Of a DNA stretch of 64,000 bases, positions 1-6,679 are shown in pieces. Origin of the DNA: an uncultured virus (IMG/VR IMGVR_UViG_3300027921_000114) (Duplodnaviria; Heunggongvirae; Uroviricota; Caudoviricetes); IMG/VR virus record IMGVR_UViG_3300027921_000114. The stretch is one strand, 5' to 3'. The translations under genes were made by a program, and so were the position numbers. Positions within the stretch are counted from its first letter, which is position 1. Each line of letters starts with the position of its first letter. The notes under the pieces were generated by a model. The model was not told the DNA's origin. It worked only from the letters and a program-made list of their open reading frames with translations, and searched no databases.

Positions 1-1
1 C

Positions 2-91
2 ACCTTTGCCGGGGCATTCAAGAAGAAACTGGGCCTGAACCTGATCTCGGAGAAGACCCAGGGCGGCGAGCGGGTCTATCGCGTAGGTTGA
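2..91 (+). CDS. 3' end of DUF3489-like protein (partial)
   Basis: TFAGAFKKKLGLNLISEKTQGGERVYRVG* matches the C-terminus of 56651..57166. Confidence 0.85.
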   Translation, partial: TFAGAFKKKLGLNLISEKTQGGERVYRVG

Positions 92-106
92 CCGGGAGCC
101 ACGACC

Positions 107-343
107 ATGCCGAATCTCATCCAAATCATGGAATCGCTTCGCGAGCAGCCGCGCCCGCTCAACGCCGAGGAGGACGCTTATCTGAACACCCTCATGGTCG
201 AAGTCGCGAGCGCCGAGAACGATGCCCAGCGCTGGCGCATCCTTGAACGCGAAGGCATGAACCGCATCAACATCGAGGCCTACGGGTTTGACGCCGATGT
301 TCTGGCCCATGTCTTTAAATTGCGCCGGGCGTCGATGAATTGA
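107..343 (+). CDS. hypothetical protein (78 aa)
   Basis: GGAG RBS, ATG, directly follows the DUF3489-like gene. Confidence 0.7.
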   Translation: MPNLIQIMESLREQPRPLNAEEDAYLNTLMVEVASAENDAQRWRILEREGMNRINIEAYGFDADVLAHVFKLRRASMN

Positions 344-346
344 ATA

Positions 347-377
347 GCTTGGCTTCTCAATCACACAGCGCGTTCAT
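347..377 (+). promoter_or_regulatory. bipartite motif copy 1 (putative promoter)
   Basis: GCTTGGCTT-CTCAATCAC-ACAGCGCGTTCAT, 33 nt before ATG 411. Confidence 0.75.
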
Positions 378-410
378 GGGGGCGTCATCCACGTCCCCAG
401 GAGCCACCAG

Positions 411-551
411 ATGGACTTCCACCTTTACAAAGCCACGCGCGCCGACGGCACGGTGTACTTCTTTCACCATCGCAGCATGGAGGAGGCCAAGGCCTTCGCC
501 AGCGATGCGGTCAATGTCATCGATTGCCATAGCCCAGTGGATGCGCAATGA
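411..551 (+). CDS. small hypothetical protein (46 aa, absent from ORF track)
   Basis: AGGAG RBS; MDFHLYKATRADGTVYFFHHRSMEEAKAF...; ATGA overlap with 548. Confidence 0.65.
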   Translation: MDFHLYKATRADGTVYFFHHRSMEEAKAFASDAVNVIDCHSPVDAQ

Positions 552-805
552 ACAGCATCGACATCCTGGGGCAAAAACTCGGTACAGCCGCCCTGACTAC
601 CTTGGTGCGCCTGTGCCCCGAGATCAGGACCGCCAGCCCGGCGCGACAGGAGGCCGCGTGTGCCGCGATGCGCGCCAAGGCTGGGGAAGCCATCGACGAG
701 TTGCTGGAGGACGCCAAGGCCGCGCCCTGGCTGGCGGAGGTTGCCTTTGCCAGCGCGGTGCTGACCCTCGCCAACGAGGGCATCAAGGTGTTGCGGGGCT
801 GCTGA
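548..805 (+). CDS. hypothetical protein (85 aa)
   Basis: Translationally coupled to 411..551. Confidence 0.7.
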   Translation: MNSIDILGQKLGTAALTTLVRLCPEIRTASPARQEAACAAMRAKAGEAIDELLEDAKAAPWLAEVAFASAVLTLANEGIKVLRGC

Positions 806-833
806 TCAGCACTCCGGGAAAGCGGGTGAATGC

Positions 834-864
834 GCTTGGCTTTACAAGCACACAGCGCGTTCAT
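834..864 (+). promoter_or_regulatory. bipartite motif copy 2
   Basis: GCTTGGCTT-TACAAGCAC-ACAGCGCGTTCAT, 34 nt before ATG 899. Confidence 0.75.
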
Positions 865-898
865 CCTGGCATCGCCAGACTGAATCCAGGAGCACCCC

Positions 899-1273
899 AT
901 GAGCATCACGCTGCAGATCGACCGCCAGCAGGACATCAACCTCAACTACAACAACCGCAACGCCGCCCTCGTCCTGGGCCTGTTGAATATTGATGTCGAG
1001 GCCGGCTTCGGGCGCATCGCCTTGACGGAAATTCCCAAGGCCCGACGCGCCATCCTCGTGGCACTCAATGGCGCGACACCGTTGCCCAGCGTCACGCAGG
1101 AAGTCGATTTTGCAACCACCGTGATTGACCAGGCCAGCATGCCGACCATCAGCAGGTCGCTGCGTTACCTCGATCCCGGCATTGACCAGGAGGGCGTTGA
1201 GCGCCGCCTACGCGAGGTGGCCACCTTGTTGGCGCAGGCCAGCGCACTGCAATCCGATGTGTCCTGGTTCTGA
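899..1273 (+). CDS. hypothetical protein (124 aa)
   Basis: AGGAG RBS, follows motif copy 2. Confidence 0.75.
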   Translation: MSITLQIDRQQDINLNYNNRNAALVLGLLNIDVEAGFGRIALTEIPKARRAILVALNGATPLPSVTQEVDFATTVIDQASMPTISRSLRYLDPGIDQEGVERRLREVATLLAQASALQSDVSWF

Positions 1274-1289
1274 ATTTCAATCGAAAGAA

Positions 1290-1320
1290 GCTTGGCTTCC
1301 CTGGCACACAGCGCGTTCAT
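1290..1320 (+). promoter_or_regulatory. bipartite motif copy 3
   Basis: GCTTGGCTT-CCCTGGCAC-ACAGCGCGTTCAT, 39 nt before ATG 1360. Confidence 0.75.
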
Positions 1321-1359
1321 ACAGATGTCGATTACCCCCAACGCAACAGGAGAACCGCC

Positions 1360-1719
1360 ATGACCACCATGACCATCAGCATCGAACGTACCCCTCGCAC
1401 CCTGAACTTCGGCGGCACCGCCATCGAGGTCGAGGAGTTGGGCGTCCGACTGCCCTTTGCCCGCAAACCAGTCGACCTCAGCGAGGTGGGCGGCAATGGG
1501 CAAACCAGGGTTTACATCACCGAAATCAAGGAATTGACCCCGGCCGAATACGACACCTTTGCCCGCAGTCTGCTGGTCTCGCGCGATTGGCTGCGCGGCA
1601 AAGGCGGTGGCATTGGCGACGGCTCCCTCTGCGTGGAGGTCACCGCACCGGGCCGCCCCTACCTTTACGTAAACCCCGAGGGCAGCGATTACGCCCGCTA
1701 CGTGGCACGCCTTGGTTGA
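1360..1719 (+). CDS. hypothetical phage protein (DUF6329-like)
   Basis: AGGAG RBS; C-terminal YVNPEGSDYARYV motif recalled from this family. Confidence 0.7.
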   Translation: MTTMTISIERTPRTLNFGGTAIEVEELGVRLPFARKPVDLSEVGGNGQTRVYITEIKELTPAEYDTFARSLLVSRDWLRGKGGGIGDGSLCVEVTAPGRPYLYVNPEGSDYARYVARLG

Positions 1720-1749
1720 TCGAGAAAGATTGAAAATGAAGCCAGAATT

Positions 1750-1780
1750 GCTTGGCTTCTCAATCGCACAGCGCGTTCAT
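1750..1780 (+). promoter_or_regulatory. bipartite motif copy 4
   Basis: GCTTGGCTT-CTCAATCGC-ACAGCGCGTTCAT, 36 nt before ATG 1817. Confidence 0.75.
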
Positions 1781-1816
1781 ACGGGTGTCGCAACCAACAC
1801 CCCGCAGGAGAAAACG

Positions 1817-2185
1817 ATGACCACCACCAACCTTACCCCCGCCACCCAGAACGACGCCTGGGGATTTTTTGGCACGATGAACGAACACGCCGAAGCAGCT
1901 TGGCCGATCGCGATGCGCGCGGTTGCCGAGGCCACCGGCCAGTCGCTGGAAACGGTCCGGATCTTCATGGACAGCCGCCACGGGCGCCATTTCGCCGACA
2001 GCGTCCTTAACCAGATGCACCATGGCGCGAACATCGACGATGCCATCAACGCTGCCACGCAAGAGTGGATGGGCTGGACGATCGGGCGTATTACCTGCAA
2101 GGAATACGGGATCCCGCGCGGGATGCCTTACCTCACCGGGTTTGTGATTCACACCGAGATCACCGACGAAGCACTCGCCGCCTGA
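1817..2185 (+). CDS. conserved hypothetical protein (122 aa)
   Basis: AGGAG RBS; clear homologue at 57264..57632 (PATQN..WGF.GTMNE, DSRHGRHFAD). Confidence 0.85.
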   Translation: MTTTNLTPATQNDAWGFFGTMNEHAEAAWPIAMRAVAEATGQSLETVRIFMDSRHGRHFADSVLNQMHHGANIDDAINAATQEWMGWTIGRITCKEYGIPRGMPYLTGFVIHTEITDEALAA

Positions 2186-3441
2186 TCGAACGCAGCATCA
2201 AAGGCCACCCCATCCGACTGGCGGGTGGCTCGGCCGCCGGCAAACTCCTGCCAGCGGCGAACGATAACGTCGCAATACTTCGGATCGAGTTCGATGAGCC
2301 GGGCGCGGCGGCCCGACTTCTCGGCGGCAATCATTGTCGTCCCAGACCCGCCGAAGGCATCCAGCACCACATCCCCAGGGCGGCTTGAGTTGCGGATCGC
2401 CCGCTCCACCAGTTCCACCGGCTTCATGGTCGGGTGTAAATCGTTCTTGTGCGGTTTCTTGATCTGCCAGACGTCGCCCTGGTCGCGGTCGCCGCACCAG
2501 TGGCGCTTGCCACCCTCCGGCCAACCATACAGGATCGGCTCGAACTGACGCTGGTAGTCGGCGTGGCCCAGGGTGAACGTGTTCTTGGCCCAGATGATGA
2601 ACGTGGACCACTTGCCTCCGGCGGCGCGGAAGGCGGATTGCAGGGTGTCGAGCTCCGACGATGACATGGCGATGTAGACCGCGCCCTGGCAATGCGCCAG
2701 GGCCGGTGTCAGTGCCGCCAGCAGGAAATCGTAAAAGCCATCGCCCAGGTTGTCGTTCAGGATCGGGCGGGATTTCAGGCCAACCCGGCCGCGCAGCTTG
2801 TCCTTGGCGGTGTTGGCGTAGTCCACGTTGTACGGTGGGTCTTGCCAGATCATGTCGGCAAGGGTGTCGCCCAGCAGGGCGGCGTAGCTGCCGGCATCGG
2901 TGGCATCGCCACAGAGCACGCGATGGTCGCCACAGATCCAGATGTCGCCCGGGCACGATACCGCTGACCCGGAGGACTCCGGCACCGCGTCCTCGTCGGT
3001 CCGTCCCTCGGTTGAGGTTTCTTCGCCTGCCAAAAGATCGGCCAGCGCGTCGGCGTCGAAACCGGTGAGCGACAGATCGAAGTTGTCGTCCTGGAGGGCC
3101 GCCAGTTCCACCTGGAGCATCGCCTCGTCCCAGCCGGCGTTCTCAGCGATGCGGTTGTCCGCAATCACCAGGGCGCGGCGCTGGGTAGGCGTGAGATGGT
3201 CGAGCACCACCACCGGCACGGTCGGGATGCCGAGCTTCTGGGCGGCGGCGAGCCGACCATGCCCTGCCACGATGATTCCGTCGCTGCCAGCGAGGATGGG
3301 ATTGGTGAAACCAAATTCAGCAATCGAGGCGGCGATCTGCGCGACCTGGGCGTCGGTATGGGTGCGTGCGTTCCGCGCATACGGCAGCAGTTTGCCGGTC
3401 GGCCACTGCTCGATCTTGTCGGCGAGCCAGGAGATGCTCAT
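2149..3441 (-). CDS. ParB-N-fused DNA amino-methyltransferase (DPPY)
   Basis: ParB-like NPIL..AGHGR N-terminus; DPPY; HPTMKP; DAFGGSGTT. Confidence 0.9.
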   Translation of the reverse strand: MSISWLADKIEQWPTGKLLPYARNARTHTDAQVAQIAASIAEFGFTNPILAGSDGIIVAGHGRLAAAQKLGIPTVPVVVLDHLTPTQRRALVIADNRIAENAGWDEAMLQVELAALQDDNFDLSLTGFDADALADLLAGEETSTEGRTDEDAVPESSGSAVSCPGDIWICGDHRVLCGDATDAGSYAALLGDTLADMIWQDPPYNVDYANTAKDKLRGRVGLKSRPILNDNLGDGFYDFLLAALTPALAHCQGAVYIAMSSSELDTLQSAFRAAGGKWSTFIIWAKNTFTLGHADYQRQFEPILYGWPEGGKRHWCGDRDQGDVWQIKKPHKNDLHPTMKPVELVERAIRNSSRPGDVVLDAFGGSGTTMIAAEKSGRRARLIELDPKYCDVIVRRWQEFAGGRATRQSDGVAFDAAFDQAASASSVISV

Positions 3442-4844
3442 ACCGCTGTTCCCAACCGCACGGCGGCAACGGCATCAAAGGTCTGGCCGTTGTCGATGAG
3501 AGTCACCGGCACGCCAGGATGGTTCTGTTGGAACCGCTTGATGGCCACATCCACGTACTCGGGGGCGATCTCCACAGCACGCACTTTTCTGCCCGTTCGT
3601 TGCCCGGCAAGAAGCGAAGTGCCCGATCCGCCGAAGGGTTCGAACACGATCCCGCCCTCGTCTGTGAAGGCCTCCATGATGTGCACCGGCAAGTCCACCG
3701 GGAACACGGCCGGGTGGTCGATGTCCTGACCGATCTTGCCCTTGTGCCGCATGATGCGAATCACGCTGTCGGGGATGCGGTGGTCCTGGGTGGGTGTGCC
3801 GGAATGCGTCCAGCCGCCGACCTCGCCATCCTTGCCGCGCATCGCCGTCGATGAGCCATCGGCGCGCAGGTGCGTTTCCTGCCCGGCGAATTTGCAGGGC
3901 ACGATCTTGTTGGGTTTGCGGCAGGGTTTGCCAGTATCGCGGTTGAAGTGGAAAACGAATTCGAAACTCGGGGCCAGTCGGCCTGACCAATCGCCAGGCA
4001 TCCCTGGCCCCTGGTCCCAGACGTACCAGGCGAAGCGACGCCAACCTTGGGCGCGCATCCAGTCGAGCCAACCATTCCAGTAGGGAAGCACTTCATTGTC
4101 GCGATGGATCAGCCCGAGGTTGACCAAGACCTGGCCATCAACGGCCATGGGCAATCGGGTGAAGACGCCGCACATCAGGTCATCCCAATCGATGATGGCG
4201 TTGGTGTAGTCGCGCTGGTTGCCATAAGGCGGCGAGGTGAAGCACAGATCAGCGGCTTCGCCTGCCATCAGTGCAGCGACCACATCGGCGTCGGCGGCAT
4301 CACCACAGATCAAGCGGTGCGCGCCCAGTTGCCAGATGTCGCCCGGGCGGGAGACGGGGTTGGTCGGGGCGTCCGGCACATCGTCGTTGGCCTCTGCCTC
4401 GTCCGGACCCGGCGCGGCTTCCTCATCGACTGCAACAGTATCGGCCAGCAGCCGTTCGATCTCGCCATCGTCGAAGCCGGTGAGCAGCAGGTCGTAACCG
4501 GCCTCCTGCAACTCGGCCAGTTCCAGCGCCAGCAGTTCCTCGTCCCAGCCCGCTTGCAGGGCAAGCTGGTTGTCGCCAATCACGTAGGCCCGTTTCTGGG
4601 TGGGCGAGAGATGGCCCAACTCGATCACCGGCACTTCGGCCAGCCCCAACTTGCGGGCGGCGGCCAGACGACCGTGGCCGGCGATGAGCCCGTTGTCGCC
4701 ATCCACCAGGATGGGATTGGTCCAGCCGTATTCCACGATGCTGGCGGCGATCTTGGCCACCTGCGCCTCGGAGTGAGTCCGGGGATTGCGGGCAAAGGGA
4801 ATGAGCGTCTCAACCAAGCGGTATTCGACGGCGAGCGTGTTCAG
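3438..4844 (-). CDS. ParB-N-fused DNA amino-methyltransferase (SPPY); putative CTG start
   Basis: ParB-like N-terminus; TSPPY; HPAVFP; EPFGGSGT; start inferred from RBS and the B homologue. Confidence 0.85.
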   Translation of the reverse strand: MNTLAVEYRLVETLIPFARNPRTHSEAQVAKIAASIVEYGWTNPILVDGDNGLIAGHGRLAAARKLGLAEVPVIELGHLSPTQKRAYVIGDNQLALQAGWDEELLALELAELQEAGYDLLLTGFDDGEIERLLADTVAVDEEAAPGPDEAEANDDVPDAPTNPVSRPGDIWQLGAHRLICGDAADADVVAALMAGEAADLCFTSPPYGNQRDYTNAIIDWDDLMCGVFTRLPMAVDGQVLVNLGLIHRDNEVLPYWNGWLDWMRAQGWRRFAWYVWDQGPGMPGDWSGRLAPSFEFVFHFNRDTGKPCRKPNKIVPCKFAGQETHLRADGSSTAMRGKDGEVGGWTHSGTPTQDHRIPDSVIRIMRHKGKIGQDIDHPAVFPVDLPVHIMEAFTDEGGIVFEPFGGSGTSLLAGQRTGRKVRAVEIAPEYVDVAIKRFQQNHPGVPVTLIDNGQTFDAVAAVRLGTAV

Positions 4845-4886
4845 ATCAAGGACTCCGAATGGGCGCGTGCTGCGCTGGAAACGACA

Positions 4887-4920
4887 AAGCCCGCCGACGA
4901 TCAGACCGTGGGCGGGCTCT
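4887..4920 (-). terminator. conserved leader hairpin / putative attenuator
   Basis: AGCCCGCC-C-ACG..CGT-C-GGCGGGCT-TT on - strand; counterpart at 60371-60407. Confidence 0.55.
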
Positions 4921-4932
4921 GGAAATGGGTGT

Positions 4933-5056
4933 GGGGTGCAAACCCAGGGTGCAAACCTGCAAACCCCGCAAACCCTGCAAACCTCGGTTTGCAGTCGGAC
5001 ACTATCGAAAGGCCGCGCTCTCGCCTCCCGCATGGGAAGGTCGCCAGGAAGGACCC
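4933..5056 (-). other. lambda-type cos site A (cosQ 5050-5056, 12-mer 5018-5029, GCAAAC repeats)
   Basis: GGGTCCT-N20-GGGAGGCGAGAG-CGCGG resembles lambda cosQ/cosN; conserved in B. Confidence 0.7.
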
Positions 5057-5085
5057 GTCGAATTTCTGCCGACCATCTGACACCC

Positions 5086-5111
5086 AAAAAATGACCACCC
5101 GAAGGTGGTCA
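5086..5111 (-). terminator. intrinsic terminator
   Basis: TGACCACC-TTCG-GGTGGTCA-TTTTTT on - strand. Confidence 0.75.
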
Positions 5112-5160
5112 GAAAAACCTTCCGTTGCGGAAGGTCAGGGAGCTTGTGCGTCTGGTCGAC

Positions 5161-5200
5161 GATAGCGAAATCCTACGGGAAAACCGCCCGAAATGTTGCA
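5161..5200 (-). promoter_or_regulatory. putative late promoter A
   Basis: TGCAACA-N18-TAGGAT-TTCG; same layout at 60575-60615. Confidence 0.55.
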
Positions 5201-5283
5201 GCCGGCGAAAGCCGCTTCGACCCGCATCCATCCTCGGAATCCCCTATTGACCTGTGATTCCCGGCAACTTGCCGCAACTCCCT

Positions 5284-5703
5284 TCATGGAGTCGGGGCAC
5301 TCGCGAAACGTCCAGCTCGAAGTGGGATGTGTCGATTCAGGTTGTCGGCGACGACCCGCAACGCTCGCTGCCAGCGCCGCCACGCCGTTGTGCGGTCGCA
5401 GCCGATGCGCCGACAGATGTCCTTCCATTCGTATTGCTTCGCGCGCATCCAGATCAGGTGGCGCTGCTCCTCCTCCAGCCATTGCACCCAGCGCATGGCT
5501 TCCATCATCCGATCGATTGCCTCGGGTGTGGGCGGCAGAGGCCGGTACTCGTAATCCTCGCCGGCGAAGGTTTCCCACTCCTTGCGCGCGAAGGCAGGCC
5601 AGACGTTGAAGTAGCCCTGCACCCTGACGGGTGGCAGTCGCCGCCCCGTCTCGGCCGCCTCGGAGAAGCGTGCCGCCACGTCATCCATCGTCCATTTAGC
5701 CAT
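5284..5703 (-). CDS. DUF6362-like HTH protein, putative late-gene regulator
   Basis: C-terminal sigma-region-4-like HTH (WKDICRRIGCDRTTAWRRW); sits in the Q-gene position. Confidence 0.75.
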   Translation of the reverse strand: MAKWTMDDVAARFSEAAETGRRLPPVRVQGYFNVWPAFARKEWETFAGEDYEYRPLPPTPEAIDRMMEAMRWVQWLEEEQRHLIWMRAKQYEWKDICRRIGCDRTTAWRRWQRALRVVADNLNRHIPLRAGRFASAPTP

Positions 5704-5911
5704 GGCGCGCTCCTTTGTTCGATGCTCCATAAAGCCGTTCACCGATGCGGCGGATGAATTCGCGTTCGACGAAGTCCAGCCGGTCGTCGGCTTCGGCAAC
5801 CACCAGAATGTGCTGGCCGCGCCAGCCATCGCGTTTCATGGCTTCCAGGTCGGTGGACTCGGGCAGGTGCCGGGCCAGGGGGCTGCGGTAGCGTGGTTCC
5901 GGGATCTTCAT
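5696..5911 (-). CDS. hypothetical protein (71 aa)
   Basis: Homologue at 61083..61286. Confidence 0.8.
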   Translation of the reverse strand: MKIPEPRYRSPLARHLPESTDLEAMKRDGWRGQHILVVAEADDRLDFVEREFIRRIGERLYGASNKGARHG

Positions 5912-6378
5912 GCGCCCACCTCCTGGGTCTCGATGGCGAAATGGAGTAGAGCCAGGGCATCCGCCTCGTTGTCGTCGCGGGGGGCATAACCACGCGCCGT
6001 GGCGGCCGCGACCATGTCTGCCTTGCCGGCGTTGCCCTTGCCCGTGGCGTGCTTCTTGATCGTGCCCACCGGCACGCCTTGGTAGGGAATGTCGTGGTGC
6101 TCGCACCAGGCGGTGAGCGTGGCCATGAAGCCGCCATAGGCGTGGGCGGCATCGACGCCCGCGTGTCGGCGCACCTCCTCGAAGTAGACGGCGTCGATGC
6201 CGTCGCCGCTGTGCTTGATCTCGGTGAGCCATTTACGGAAGCGCAGATAGCGCATGCCGCCGCCCTCGAAGCGCTGCGGCTTGAAGTCCTCGGTGTCGCT
6301 GATGATCTGGCCGTCCTTGAGGCGGATGGCCCAGCCGGTGTGGGTGCCCAGGTCCAGGGCGAGGATGGCGGTGTTCAT
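5908..6378 (-). CDS. RuvC-like Holliday junction resolvase
   Basis: ILALDLG, FEE, KKHATGKGNA, DNEADA motifs. Confidence 0.85.
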   Translation of the reverse strand: MNTAILALDLGTHTGWAIRLKDGQIISDTEDFKPQRFEGGGMRYLRFRKWLTEIKHSGDGIDAVYFEEVRRHAGVDAAHAYGGFMATLTAWCEHHDIPYQGVPVGTIKKHATGKGNAGKADMVAAATARGYAPRDDNEADALALLHFAIETQEVGA

Positions 6379-6444
6379 CGTCCAACCTCCAATACCCCAT
6401 CCAGACCAAGCCGCCCTCCACGTAGGTGAGAGGGTGCATAGGCT

Positions 6445-6655
6445 CCCTCTCCTACGTAGTAGGAGGGGGTCCGCATGCAAACTTGCAAGGCAACGTAACC
6501 CACTGATTCATTGGTTGATTTGCAAGATTGCGGAAGCTTGCTGCAAACATCCGCATGCAAACTTCCTGGACGCATCAAGTCTTTATGAATCAACGAGATA
6601 AGTTTGCGGCTAGTTTGCGGATTGCGGAAGTTTGCAGGACCGCCCGCAAACAAAA
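6445..6655. repeat. iteron-like repeats, putative replication origin A
   Basis: TCCGCATGCAAACTT at 6470 and 6550; GATTGCGGAAG twice; AGTTTGC(G/A)G three times; hairpin 6445-6469; directly downstream of the primase. Confidence 0.55.
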
Positions 6656-6679
6656 TGCAGGGGTTGGTCAGCGGGTCAT

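Noticed and set aside
347..1780. Repeated 31-bp motif as a CRISPR array or integron attC sites
   Set aside because: Intervals are gene-sized (about 450-490 bp), the motif has a variable centre and is not palindromic, and there is no cas operon or integron integrase
4845..5087. 81-aa N-terminal extension of the methylase in the ORF track
   Set aside because: It runs through the cos site and leader hairpin and is not conserved in B
1..6400. A/B similarity as an assembly duplication
   Set aside because: The copies differ substantially in sequence and gene content, consistent with two distinct phages
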